DNA from: Candidatus Marinacidobacterales bacterium
GTDB taxonomy: Bacteria > Acidobacteriota > Vicinamibacteria > Marinacidobacterales > DATDRI01
DNA: 64,000 nt
Assembly: GCA_965226495.1 (NCBI GenBank)
Contig: OZ245365.1
Location: 1,760,001-1,824,000, forward strand
Direction: 5' to 3'
Position numbers and translations under genes: made by a program. This document shows positions 50,650 to 60,828 of the stretch, in pieces. Positions within the stretch are counted from its first letter, which is position 1. Each line of letters opens with the position of its first letter. The notes below the pieces were generated by a model. The model saw only the letters and a list, made by a program, of their open reading frames with translations, was not told the DNA's origin and made no database searches.

Positions 50650-52005
50650 TTGGAGCTCACCTCCGGCCTGTTCGCGGGCTTCGTCGGCCTGGTTCTGCTG
50701 CAGTACTACGTGCTTCCGCGGCGCGCGCAGAACTATTTGCTTCTGATCGCCAGCTACGTCTTCTATCTTAGCTGGTCCCGGTTCTTTCCCCTGGTTTTAT
50801 TGGGCCTGACGTTGGCTAACTTCATTATTGCCCAGGGCCTGGAACGCGCCGGCAAGCGTTTCTGGCTGTGGATGGGCGTCGGCCTCAACCTGGCGGCCCT
50901 GGCCTTCTTCAAATACGCGGATTTCTTCGTGCCGGAGTTACTCGACACCTTGTCTCGCCTCGGGTTCGGCACCCGGGCAGACACGTTGCGGATCCTGCTG
51001 CCGGTGGGCCTTTCCTTCTACAGCCTCCAGGGCATCTCCTATCTGGTGGATGTGTACCGAGGGCAGCTACGGGCGGCAACTGATCCAGTCGACTTCGCTC
51101 TCTATATGGCCTATTTGCTGGTGTGGGCAGCATGCAGTCTGTTTTCGGCAGGAGTCGCCGCACAGCAGCTGTCACCGCGCTCCTTCTGGCCGGCACCCAA
51201 GGGGACCAAAGTCCTGGTGTTCGGGTACTCGTACTCCACCGGGGACGTGCTCACGGATCCTTCGCTTCCGATCTACGGTGTGGATTCCGAGATCGGCACG
51301 GGTTTCCTGGGCTATCTGCAAACCGTCGCCCTTTGGGGACGGACGACGAACGTCATCGTCGAGCTGCCTTATTCCTGGGGAAACACAAAAGGTCTCCTGT
51401 CCGACCTTGAGGCACGGAGGGACCTCTCCGGCTTTGCCGATCTTGGCGTCACCCTATCGGTCAATCTGCTCGGCGCGCCGTCCATGACCCCCGCGGATTT
51501 TCAAAGGCTCCGCGCCAACCCCCATCCGATTCTCGGAGTGAGCCTCAAGGTCCTGGCCCCCACCGGAGACTACGACGCGGACAGACTAATCAACGTCGGA
51601 GCCAATCGCTGGGCCGCCAAACCGGAGTTTGGCTTCCTGATTCCCCTCGGCGCGAAGTGGATTTTGGAGCTCGAGGGGGGTGCGTGGTTTTTCGGTGACG
51701 ACGACAACTTCGCCGCAGGGAAAAGGGAGCAGGAGCCCATACTTAGTGCAGAGGTCCATCTCGTGAGGCGCTTCCGCCCCGGTTTCTGGGCCTCGCTAGA
51801 GGGCAACTTTTTCACGGGCGGTCAGCAAACGATAGGAGAAGTTGAGTCGGTCGTCGTACAACGGAACTCGAGGATCGGGGTAACGGTCGTCGTGCCATTT
51901 CGCGGCCGCCACGCCATCAAGGTTGGCTACAGCGGGGGTGTCGTCACCGAGTTCGGCAGCGACTACCGCCAATTCCTGGTGAGCTATCAGGTGGTCTTCA
52001 GGTAG
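50650..52005 (+). CDS. Chimeric ORF: MBOAT (AlgI/DltB) N-terminus fused in frame to an outer-membrane beta-barrel (phenol MetA-pathway 'transporter' family)
   Basis: ASYVFY, FFKY, LPVGLSFY..Q.ISYLVDVYRG up to about 51115. Then a signal-like stretch and QQLSPR...PTGDYD...INVGANRW...C-terminal YQVVF. Confidence 0.75.
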   Translation: MELTSGLFAGFVGLVLLQYYVLPRRAQNYLLLIASYVFYLSWSRFFPLVLLGLTLANFIIAQGLERAGKRFWLWMGVGLNLAALAFFKYADFFVPELLDTLSRLGFGTRADTLRILLPVGLSFYSLQGISYLVDVYRGQLRAATDPVDFALYMAYLLVWAACSLFSAGVAAQQLSPRSFWPAPKGTKVLVFGYSYSTGDVLTDPSLPIYGVDSEIGTGFLGYLQTVALWGRTTNVIVELPYSWGNTKGLLSDLEARRDLSGFADLGVTLSVNLLGAPSMTPADFQRLRANPHPILGVSLKVLAPTGDYDADRLINVGANRWAAKPEFGFLIPLGAKWILELEGGAWFFGDDDNFAAGKREQEPILSAEVHLVRRFRPGFWASLEGNFFTGGQQTIGEVESVVVQRNSRIGVTVVVPFRGRHAIKVGYSGGVVTEFGSDYRQFLVSYQVVFR

Positions 52006-52017
52006 GGCTCGGGTCGG

Positions 52018-52130
52018 CCTGAAGCGCTCGAAAAGCTGCTTGCAGTCGACGATCTCGCGACGTTCGCGAGGTCAGCCTCATCGGTGCTCAGGGGAGAGTC
52101 GCCGTCCATACGGGCGGCAGCGGTATCCCG
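52018..52130 (+). pseudogene. Decayed internal fragment of a DUF1028 (Ntn-hydrolase-like) gene
   Basis: PEALEKLLAVDDLA / VREVSLIGAQGRVAVHTGGSGIP across a frameshift; family recognised from memory. Confidence 0.5.
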
Positions 52131-52171
52131 CTTCTACTGACCGCGCGGACTGCCGGCGGCGGTGCGTTCCT

Positions 52172-53377
52172 TCACCACCCATCCCAGCCCCGGAGCTCCT
52201 TTCTTGCGCGCTCCGAAGCGCGCCCCGTAAGCTGCATCTCGAGACCGCTCGCACCCAGCTCCAACTTCGCTCGTGCTGCGATCTCGGCGGCGTCCTTCGA
52301 CACCGGTTCTGTCCAGGCCAGGTAGTCGAGGGGAAGCAGTGCGATCGCCCGCCCTCCCGACAGGCCGACCATGGCCCGAGAGTCCGTCAGAACGGAGGTC
52401 ACTTCGCCCTCGCTACCCCGGCGCTGCAGCATCTCCGCGCTCTCGACGAAAAAGAGCGCCTCGCGCGGGGTCTTCGCCTCGCGGGCGGCGTCGACGTAGT
52501 CCGCCACGCCCTTCACCTTCACCGCCTGGAGCGCGGCCACAAAGCGGGTCTGCTCGGTCAGTGTGAAGGCGTCGTTCCGAAAGAAGCTCTTCGCGATCTC
52601 GTCGGAAACACCGAGCGCCTTCAGCCCCGCCTCGTTGGCCTTGCGCAACGTCTCTGGGTCCTGGCTCCAGACGAGCGATCCCACTGTCGAGGTCGTGCTG
52701 ACAACAGTTGGGATCGGCACCACCACCTTGGTGGCAATCCCGCCCGCGGCGTCGAGCTTGGCGATCTCAAGGAGCGCCTGCTGGAGCACCGGATTCCGGC
52801 TGTAGGGGTCGACCTGGAGCTTCTGCGCCCAGATCCGAGCGGACTTGTTCACGCCGAGGACGGAGTTAGCAACACCCTCCGCGTTCTCCCCGGTGGACTT
52901 CTCCTCTTCGCGGTCGTCGTCCTCGGTGACATCTTCGGCGAGGCGCTTGGACTTGCGGCCGAGATTGACGCCGAAGCGCTGGACACCCGCACCGAAGCCC
53001 TTCGCCGTGCCCTCGGGGTCCTTAGCGACGTTCACGACGCCCTTGCCCAGGGACTCGAGCGAGCGCCCCGCCGCCTCGACGAAGACGTCCGTCTTCGACA
53101 CCTCCTTGAGGGCGACGAGGGCCTCGGTCTCCGTGATGCGCTTCTTCAGGAGGGCGTGACCAACGACCTCGAGATCGCCGAACTCGGTGTCGAGCGTGAA
53201 CGCGTAGTAGAAGCCCTTGGTGGGCACCTCGTCGTCCACGGTGTGGTGAGGCCCCTTCCTCTCCGCCGCCGTGAGGATCTCTTTGGCCTCGAACGTCTTC
53301 GGCCCCTCCCCGGGTGCCTGTGCCGGGGCCAGGTAAGGCACGGACGCAACAAAGACGACGAGGGCAGCGATTCTCAT
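52172..53377 (-). CDS. Conserved hypothetical secreted protein
   Basis: SD AAGGAG before ATG 53377, signal peptide MRIAALVVF...AQA, VDPYSRNP, LPLDYLAWT; strong GC3 bias. Confidence 0.75.
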   Translation of the reverse strand: MRIAALVVFVASVPYLAPAQAPGEGPKTFEAKEILTAAERKGPHHTVDDEVPTKGFYYAFTLDTEFGDLEVVGHALLKKRITETEALVALKEVSKTDVFVEAAGRSLESLGKGVVNVAKDPEGTAKGFGAGVQRFGVNLGRKSKRLAEDVTEDDDREEEKSTGENAEGVANSVLGVNKSARIWAQKLQVDPYSRNPVLQQALLEIAKLDAAGGIATKVVVPIPTVVSTTSTVGSLVWSQDPETLRKANEAGLKALGVSDEIAKSFFRNDAFTLTEQTRFVAALQAVKVKGVADYVDAAREAKTPREALFFVESAEMLQRRGSEGEVTSVLTDSRAMVGLSGGRAIALLPLDYLAWTEPVSKDAAEIAARAKLELGASGLEMQLTGRASERARKELRGWDGW

Positions 53378-53425
53378 GGGGCTCCTTTTCGAGATCAGGT
53401 TGTCACGGCCGCGCGGGACGAGTCT

Positions 53426-53464
53426 CTCGTAAGGACCGAGGCGCTGGCCGGCGGTCAGGCTCAT
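53426..53464 (-). pseudogene. 13-codon remnant of a Ser/Thr protein kinase N-terminus
   Basis: MSLTAGQRLGPYE is the typical start of bacterial Hanks-type kinases. It has its own SD-like AGGA, but no GxG motif follows. Confidence 0.55.
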
Positions 53465-53575
53465 GACTGTCGATTCCTGCTGGCGGGCATTCGTGCGATT
53501 CTACCCGCAGAGAGTCGTTTCTGGAAGTCCGCAGCGTACTTGTCCGGGATATAGTCGGCATCGTGATTGGACTGC

Positions 53576-54478
53576 CTAGATTCCAGCGAAATCACGAATC
53601 TCTTCTTCGAGGGGTATGACTGCTCGTCCGGTCATACCCCGACACTTGAGGGCCGCGGCGGCATTAGCGAACCGTGCGGCCACGTCAGGAGCCTCGTCGG
53701 CGAGCAATGAATGGACGAACGCGCCGTGAAATACGTCGCCGGCTCCGGTCGAGTCCATGGCTTCGACCTTGTGGCCTGGAATCCAAAGTGTCGACACGTC
53801 AGAGGCCTGAATCACGCAGCCTTCGGGTCCGAGCGTGAGCCCGGCGATGCGTCGACCGTCTGGCGCGAGGTGACTCTGGAGCTCGACCAAAAACTTAGCG
53901 GTATCGTAGCCTTCTCCTAGAAGCGTCCGCGGGTATGTGTGGGACAAGATGGCGACGTCGGTCAGTCCCAAGATCTCCTCGACACCGGGCCGAGGATGAC
54001 CGCAGTCTAAGACCACAGTGGTACCGGCACGACGTGCACGCGTCGCCCAATCGATTTGTATATCGGGTAGGCGAGCATCCACTAGCAGGATGCGACAAGA
54101 GTCGAGTTGGACATCACTGGGCGAGAGCGGGAGATCCGTTTGCCAACCTTCGAAGATAGTACGCCGCCCACCGTCGACCAAGATGACGCTGCTCGGGGAC
54201 GGTAGATCTTTTTTTCGGACGACCCCAGAAACGTCCACTCCCTCGCGGCGCAGGTCGTCGATGATGAATTCGCCCACCGCATCGTCGCCCACGATGCCGC
54301 GGAACGCGACACGTCGGCCGAGACGGGCGAGTGTCACTAGGGCGGTCGGTACGGGCCCACCGCTCGATTCGTAGAACCCCTTGGCTCGGTACTTCTCATC
54401 GGGAGTCGGAAAGGTGTCGAGCAAGACGGTGACATCTCTCACCGCTACCCCGAGTCCGAGAACGTCGAAATCTGCCAT
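53576..54478 (-). CDS. PfkB family carbohydrate kinase
   Basis: GGPVPTA, TLGPEG, DSTGAGDVFHGA, ANAAAA. Confidence 0.9.
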   Translation of the reverse strand: MADFDVLGLGVAVRDVTVLLDTFPTPDEKYRAKGFYESSGGPVPTALVTLARLGRRVAFRGIVGDDAVGEFIIDDLRREGVDVSGVVRKKDLPSPSSVILVDGGRRTIFEGWQTDLPLSPSDVQLDSCRILLVDARLPDIQIDWATRARRAGTTVVLDCGHPRPGVEEILGLTDVAILSHTYPRTLLGEGYDTAKFLVELQSHLAPDGRRIAGLTLGPEGCVIQASDVSTLWIPGHKVEAMDSTGAGDVFHGAFVHSLLADEAPDVAARFANAAAALKCRGMTGRAVIPLEEEIRDFAGI

Positions 54479-54516
54479 CTTTGGGTCTTTCTTCCGCGGC
54501 GGTAGAATAGCAGACA

Positions 54517-55593
54517 GTGAGAAAAACCAAGCCGCCGCCGCGTGGGCGAGGCGCGGTCAGCAATCGGGAAGGCCGCTTCGAGCCCTTCCAAAGCGAGGCC
54601 TTCGACGACGGCTGGCAAGGACTGGATTGGGAGCCGACGCCGATCTCGACCACGGTGACTCCCGAGAAGAGCCGGACGCTCATCACGCGGAACGACTCAC
54701 CCGACGTGCCGTTCGACCTTTCCATCAATCCCTATAAGGGTTGCGAGCACGGTTGCATCTATTGCTTCGCGCGACCGACGCACGCCTATCTGGGCCTTTC
54801 CCCGGGGCTGGACTTTGAAAGCCGCATCTTCTCGAAACCCGATGCAGCGAGCAGATTACGGGAGCAACTCTCCAAGCGGGGCTATCGGCCTCAAGTGATC
54901 GCCTTGGGTGCCAACACCGATCCGTATCAACCGGCGGAGAGGGAACTCAAGATCACTCGGTCCATCCTCGAAGTCATGGCGGAATTCCAACATCCGGTTG
55001 GCATCGTGACGAAGTCTAATCTTGTGCTCCGAGACCTGGATCTGTTGCGTGCGCTCGCGGCCGATAATTTGGTCAACGTCATGGTCTCGGTCACGACGTT
55101 GGAGCGGGAGCTGGCGCGGCGGATGGAGCCCCGCGCCCCGACACCGGAGCGTCGGTTGGAAGCCATGCGTGGTCTCGTGGAGGCCGGCGTGCCGGTCGGT
55201 GTTCTCGCGTCGCCGATGATCCCGGGCCTCAACGACTCAGAGATGGAGGGCATCCTGAAATCGGCATCCGAAGCGGGAGCCTGCTCGGCGGGCTACATCT
55301 TGATCCGACTACCACTCGAGGTGAAGGAGCTCTTCACCGAATGGCTCGAGACCCACTATCCGACGAAGACGTCACACGTGCTGAACCTCATCCGCGGAAC
55401 TCGAGAAGGTAAGCTCTACGACCCCCAGTTCGGCACCCGTATGCGCGGCACCGGGCAGTATGCGGAGATGCTCGAGCGCCGGTTCGAAGTTGCTCGGCGC
55501 CGGTTCGGTCTGGACAAGAAACCCGCACCCCTCGATGTCACCCGTTTCCGGGTGCCGGCCCGGCCGGGGGACCAGATGGCGCTCTTCGAGTAG
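54517..55593 (+). CDS. PA0069/SplB-like radical SAM protein
   Basis: NPYKGCEHGCIYCFAR, NTDPYQP, MEPRAP. Confidence 0.92.
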   Translation: MRKTKPPPRGRGAVSNREGRFEPFQSEAFDDGWQGLDWEPTPISTTVTPEKSRTLITRNDSPDVPFDLSINPYKGCEHGCIYCFARPTHAYLGLSPGLDFESRIFSKPDAASRLREQLSKRGYRPQVIALGANTDPYQPAERELKITRSILEVMAEFQHPVGIVTKSNLVLRDLDLLRALAADNLVNVMVSVTTLERELARRMEPRAPTPERRLEAMRGLVEAGVPVGVLASPMIPGLNDSEMEGILKSASEAGACSAGYILIRLPLEVKELFTEWLETHYPTKTSHVLNLIRGTREGKLYDPQFGTRMRGTGQYAEMLERRFEVARRRFGLDKKPAPLDVTRFRVPARPGDQMALFE

Positions 55594-55616
55594 ATCGATC
55601 CGCAGTTGAAAACGGA

Positions 55617-56495
55617 CTAAAGAGTCACCACCAGTGCCACTTTGAAGAGGGTGTCGAGCTTCATCCTACGGACGGGAACGGTTCCGATCGGCAGCGAAGG
55701 CCCCACTGATGGAGGTATCGGGAAGAGCTCGATCTCTTCGAGGCCGGGAATGTTTCGGTAAAGCAGCTGCAAGCTAACTCGCAGGGCCAGGAGACTCGTC
55801 AGGTTGGAGGTCAGGCTGTTCGTCCAATCGAACTGGTAGTCTTCTAGGTCCTTCAGATTGGGGAGAATCGTGAAGTCGTTATCGTACTGATTGTTGCTGC
55901 CAAATCGTTTCATGTAGTCGAGGGAGACTCGAAGGGCGGGAAAACTTCCGTCCAAGGCCGGATCCTCGATTTCCTCTTCCCGGTTGGTGTAAGTAAGCGC
56001 GTAGTCGGTTCGGAAGTGGGAGTCCTCGCGATTCCACCAGGTGTTGCCGAGCCCTCCGTACACCGTCGTCATGTTCTGGATTCCGGCGTTCAGATCGCGC
56101 GTCCATCCCGCGCCGGCGATCCAGTAGAGTTTCGCGTTAACATCTCGCCGGTACTCCCCGTCGACGGTATACCTCTCGGTGTCCAGGTCAGCCAATTCGT
56201 CCTCGAGCACGTTGAAATCGTCTGGGCCGGCGACGACGGCGATGCGGTCGTCGGTGGTCTTGGTTCGCAGTCCGCTGAATCCGAACGCGAGCGTGGCGTT
56301 CTCCCAGGTCCGGGAGAGCTTGTCGTCAAAGGTGAAGGTCGATGTGCGGGAGTTCCCCCCGGTGAGGACGAGCCCCAGGTCCGCTACGTTCGACCAACCT
56401 AGTTTCTTCTCCTCTTCTTCTTGACCCATCGCTTCTTCCACAGCGGCTAGCGCTAGAATAGTGAATACAACTGTAGAAAGTAATTTCGTTTTCAC
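55617..56495 (-). CDS. DUF481 outer-membrane beta-barrel protein
   Basis: Signal peptide, W...ADLG....GGNS, amphipathic strands, C-terminal LVVTL. Confidence 0.75.
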   Translation of the reverse strand: MKTKLLSTVVFTILALAAVEEAMGQEEEEKKLGWSNVADLGLVLTGGNSRTSTFTFDDKLSRTWENATLAFGFSGLRTKTTDDRIAVVAGPDDFNVLEDELADLDTERYTVDGEYRRDVNAKLYWIAGAGWTRDLNAGIQNMTTVYGGLGNTWWNREDSHFRTDYALTYTNREEEIEDPALDGSFPALRVSLDYMKRFGSNNQYDNDFTILPNLKDLEDYQFDWTNSLTSNLTSLLALRVSLQLLYRNIPGLEEIELFPIPPSVGPSLPIGTVPVRRMKLDTLFKVALVVTL

Positions 56496-56758
56496 TTCAT
56501 CCTCCTGAACTCTGCTTTCGCGGCCTCTGGTTTCGTGAGAAGGGCATACGTCGAAGGGCTGATTATAGCGTGACAGTCGCGCGTGTGCAGGCGATAACGC
56601 ATCCGGCCAGACTTACGTTGCGAAAGAATGCGCACTTTCGCAGCACCAGGAAGGTAGAGTCGTGAACGAGTGGACTTATCTATGAACTTGAGATTTCAAG
56701 TCCTCCGTTACGCGGCTCGAGTGGATCCGGTTATCGCCCTTCCATACGAGTAGCGGCC

Positions 56759-57802
56759 TTAGCCGATGTCGAGCACCATCCCGTCTTCGGCGAGAACGAC
56801 CGGTCCATCGAAGTTGGCGCGAATCTGATGGGTCAGTTCCATCCAAATCTCCGGTCCCACCGGCTCGCCGAAATACTGTCTGGACATTTCGATGGCAGCC
56901 TCTCCACTGGTGAAGGGCCCCACGTGTGTGGCGACCACTTTCTTGACTCCGGCTTTTTGAGCGAGCTCGCCGAGCTCACTGGGCGCGGTATGGCCGGTGC
57001 TCGGCTTTTTTCGGGAGTTGAAACTTCCGCCCACCGTCATCCCATCGGGCGCAAACGTACATTCGTGGATCAGCATATCGGCACCCTTCGCGAGCTCGAT
57101 GACGCTGTCGGCGGGTCCGGTGTCCCCGCTGATGACGACCGATCCGTAGCTCGAGTCGACCCGATAGGCATAGCTTTCCTTGCCCATCGAGGTGAGGTGC
57201 GGAGTCGGCGCCGCCGTCACTTTGAACTGGTCGGTTTCAACGACGACACCATTGGATACATGGCTCACCTCGACCGGAGGCTCCGGTTCGGCTTTCATCG
57301 GAACCGGATCTCGCACTCTCTTTTTCACGAACTCCACGTCCATCTGATGCATGCCGTAAAGGGCTCCGTCGGACATGGCCTTGGTGCCCGGAGGTCCGAA
57401 CACCTTGAACGTTCCTCGTCGACCCGCAATCCAAGACGATACGACGAAATAGCCGTAGGTGGCGATGTGATCGAAATGAAGGTGGGTGAAAAAAACGTAG
57501 TCCACATCGACAGGATTGATGCCGGCGCCGGCTAGATTGTCCATGGCTCTCCGGCCGCAGTCGACCAGCAGGATCGTGCCGTCGACGAGAACGGCCTGGC
57601 TGGCACCGCCACGCTTCGGGTCAATGAGTGCCGAACCTGAGCCAGTGATGACGACCTGCATGCCCTTGTCGCGGAGGGCACTGTCACGACTCCGTGTCGG
57701 CCCTAAACGAAATCGCGGTGCCGCGGTTACGGAGGCGGCAGTGCCCAGGAGCGTTCCCAAAATGCCCCGCCGGGTCCATTTGGATCTACTTGCCTTGCTC
57801 AT
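56759..57802 (-). CDS. MBL-fold hydrolase (RNase Z/arylsulfatase-like) with Tat signal
   Basis: TRRGILG, VDCG, THLHFDH, SGDT, IHE, GHT, TH. Confidence 0.88.
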   Translation of the reverse strand: MSKASRSKWTRRGILGTLLGTAASVTAAPRFRLGPTRSRDSALRDKGMQVVITGSGSALIDPKRGGASQAVLVDGTILLVDCGRRAMDNLAGAGINPVDVDYVFFTHLHFDHIATYGYFVVSSWIAGRRGTFKVFGPPGTKAMSDGALYGMHQMDVEFVKKRVRDPVPMKAEPEPPVEVSHVSNGVVVETDQFKVTAAPTPHLTSMGKESYAYRVDSSYGSVVISGDTGPADSVIELAKGADMLIHECTFAPDGMTVGGSFNSRKKPSTGHTAPSELGELAQKAGVKKVVATHVGPFTSGEAAIEMSRQYFGEPVGPEIWMELTHQIRANFDGPVVLAEDGMVLDIG

Positions 57803-57819
57803 GGTTGAGACTCCCTTCC

Positions 57820-59245
57820 TCACTTGTAGATTACACCGTTTTTGATGACGTGGACGACGTGTCGCTCCAGGACCTCAATGTTTTGAAGCGGATCGCCGTC
57901 GACGACAATGATGTCGGCCAGTTTCCCCGGTGACACGGTCCCTAGCTTCTGGTCGACACCCTGCATCTCCGCAGCGCGAACCGTCGCACTCTCGATGGCT
58001 TCCATCGGTGGTAGTCCTGCCTCCACCAGGTTGGCGACCTCCCGAGCGAGCGGGCTGTGGAAATTGAGAGGCGAGCCGGTGTCGCATCCCGCCACCAGCT
58101 GCTCGCGTCCACCCGCTTCTGTGAACTCTCGGAGCTTTTGTTTGACGACATCGAGTCGTTGACGCGCTCCTCGACCCCAAGGGATGGCCGGGAATCGCCT
58201 CCAAGACTCGAAGAGGAATTCGTAGAGATCCGGTGTGTATTGCTCGCGGAGAGTGGGATGCTCGAGGATGCCGGGAAAGTCGTGGACTCGTACGTACGCC
58301 TGGCGCATTTCGATGGTAGGGAGAATGTAGGGACCTCGCACCATGCTTGTCCACGGCCCGATCGCGATCGGCCGTTCGCCCCGAATCAGGGTGCGCATTT
58401 CGTCGTCGCCGTAGTCGGACAGTGGATCGGCGGTGAAAACGTGGTGAAGACGATCGACCCCGGCTCCAATGGCGGCACGGTAGGCCTCGACGTTCCGTAC
58501 GTCGGCGTCGATCCCAATGCCGGCGGCGTGCGCCGCTTCGACGAGCGGTTCGAGTACGGATTGGTTCTGAAAGCCAAAGATCTTGATCTGATCCACGTGC
58601 AAGCCGACGAGCTCCTCGGCAACCGCTCGGGCCTCTTGCGGCGTTCCCACCGAGTGCTCTCCCACTTCTCTAATCACGTTGGCTTCGAGATCTCGCTCGG
58701 GCGTCGCCGTGTTATTGGCGTGCCGATAGGTCACAATCGGGCCGGCCAGATAGAGTCTCGGCCCAGGTTTCCGTCCCGCGTCGATCTCCTCACGGAGTTT
58801 CATCTGTTGGTCGAGAGGCCCGCCGACGTCCCGAAAGCTTGTAATCCCGGGCCATCAAGCTAATCTCGGCGACGCGTTCCATGATGGCGGGCATGCGGTC
58901 CGAAAAACGACTGAGATACGCCGCAGGATCCCCCGCCCCCACATGCATCAAATGACCGTGGCTTTCCCAAAGACCGGGAAGCACCGTCATGCCGCGCGTG
59001 TCCACCACTTCCACGTTCTCCGGAACCGCCAATTGCCCGACACGGCTCACGTCGAGGATCGTATCGCCGGCGACGAGCACAATGGACTCCTCGACGGGAT
59101 CGCCGCCGTACCCGTCGATGAGCCGTCCACCGACTAGAGCGAGCGTGACATTGGGTTCGGACTGAGAGGCCTGAAGTGGCGCTACCCACGCGCCAAGAAA
59201 CAGTAGTGCCAGAAAGTGGGATCCAAGTCTGGCTTTCGCATTCAT
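57820..59245 (-). CDS. Secreted amidohydrolase, frameshifted near 58849-58851
   Basis: PGLWESHGH in the 5' ORF. Removing one C gives MAGITSFRDVGG, joining to GCDTG...PGKLADIIVVDGDPL. Confidence 0.85.
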
Positions 59246-59343
59246 CTTTTTATCTCGGGGCCCCTCGGGATCTAGGCCAACCTTATAGATTCATTCGCCC
59301 GAGTCAAGTAGAGATTTCGTCACTCGATCGGGTATACAGGATT

Positions 59344-59976
59344 GTGGCACAGCCATCGTCAAAGCCGAACGGGGCGGACATCGTTGGGTTGGTTATGGCA
59401 GCCGGGGAGTCGACCCGCTTTGGATCGCCCAAGCAACTCCTTCCTTTTGGCGACACCACGCTCCTCGGCCACGTGGTGCGAAATGTGAACGCCTCCGGCC
59501 TCGACCGGGTCATCGTTGTTCTCGGTCGTTCTGCTGACGAGTCGAAGGACGCGGTGGATTTCGGGCGCGCTGCGGTCGTGGACAATCGAGCCTATCGTTC
59601 TGGCTGTGCGTCTTCTCTGCTGGCCGGCTTGGATACCCTAGGTGAGGGTGCCGAGTGTGCTGCGGTAATGCTCGTTCTGGGTGACCAGCCTGGGGTTGGG
59701 ACCGCGGTCATCGACGACGTCTGCGAGGATTGGCGCGCGCACCGGCCCTGGGCGGCGGTCACGTCCTATCGCGGCGAGTTAGGCCATCCTTTTGTCTTTG
59801 CCCGTTCCGCGTTCGACGATCTCCGCGGGCTTCATGGGGACAAAGCGATCTGGAAGCTCATAGAAGCGCAGCCGGAGCGTGTCCGGCAGATGGAAATGGA
59901 CATCGAGCTCCCGCCGGACATCGATACTCCCGAAGACTACCAGCGGGTCCGGGCGATCTGGCAGGGCAGTGATTAA
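59344..59976 (+). CDS. mocA: Molybdenum cofactor cytidylyltransferase-like NTP transferase
   Basis: MAAGESTRFGSPKQLL, LGDQP, GHP, GDK, DIDTPEDY. Confidence 0.85.
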   Translation: MAQPSSKPNGADIVGLVMAAGESTRFGSPKQLLPFGDTTLLGHVVRNVNASGLDRVIVVLGRSADESKDAVDFGRAAVVDNRAYRSGCASSLLAGLDTLGEGAECAAVMLVLGDQPGVGTAVIDDVCEDWRAHRPWAAVTSYRGELGHPFVFARSAFDDLRGLHGDKAIWKLIEAQPERVRQMEMDIELPPDIDTPEDYQRVRAIWQGSD

Positions 59977-59984
59977 CGACAGCG

Positions 59985-60546
59985 TCAGTCGCGAATCGCT
60001 TCCGCATCGACTTCGTCGCGAATCGCTGATCAGGACATCGCTACCGACAACCACCCCGCCATTTTCGAGATCCCCGTTCCAGCTGACACCGAAGTCGTGG
60101 CGATTGATAATGGTTTCCGCGACGAACCCGGCGCGTATCTTAGGTCCTCGGTCTTTACCATCCTCCCACCATGGCGTGGGCCATTGTCCAAGGTGTCTCA
60201 CGTTCATCTGTACCTCGCGCGTGACGCCTTTGACCGCTAAGTCGCCCTTGACCTTGAACTCGTTCTGGCCGATGCGATCAATGAACTTTCCCCGATAGGT
60301 AATGGTCGGATGCTTCTCGACGTCGAGAAAATCTGCGGCGCGCAGGTGCCCGTCGCGTTCCGCCTCTCCAGTCCAGATCTTGCTTACGTCGATGTCGACT
60401 TTGAGGGAGCCGTCCAACGGATGATCCATGTCAAAGTCCAAGGTTCCATGCACGCTCGGAAAAAGTCCTCGGACCCACGTCACCATCATGTGACGAACCG
60501 AGAACTCTGCGGCGGTATGACCAGGCTCGAACGTCCACTTCGGCAT
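59985..60546 (-). CDS. YceI family protein with 13-bp insertion near 3' end
   Basis: HT...FSVRHMM, RDGHLR..DF, INRHDFG. Removing 60015-60027 gives DVLIEVDAEAIRD* ending at 59985. Confidence 0.85.
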
Positions 60547-60828
60547 TGAGTTAATTCCTCCAGCTGACTAATAGCATGTACCGAGCTGGCGGGCCAGAGC
60601 TCGTAAGAGGCTTACTGACAACAATCTGCTTGACTTTGCGCAATCGGCAGGAGTAACTTCGCGCTCGTAGCCGCGCCGGGCCAAGCTGTTTCGTACAACC
60701 TGGTCTTTCGCGTCCACTCCGGAGGCACGGGCCAGCGCACCCAGAGCCGCAGGAAACGAAGCAAGCCGTCCGTAGCCGACGGCTTGGAGCCGGTTTGAAA
60801 TGACACTGACTCGTGTTCTCATCGCCAT

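Noticed and set aside
56619-56701. Structured ncRNA between DUF481 and MBL genes (TGCGAAAG/CTTTCGCA and ACTTGA/TCAAGT inverted repeats)
   Set aside because: Two isolated short palindromes could be a terminator or operator. No family is recognisable.
60550-60820. Moco/Wco riboswitch upstream of molybdenum genes
   Set aside because: Hairpins are present, but I could not match the conserved Moco RNA motif by eye.
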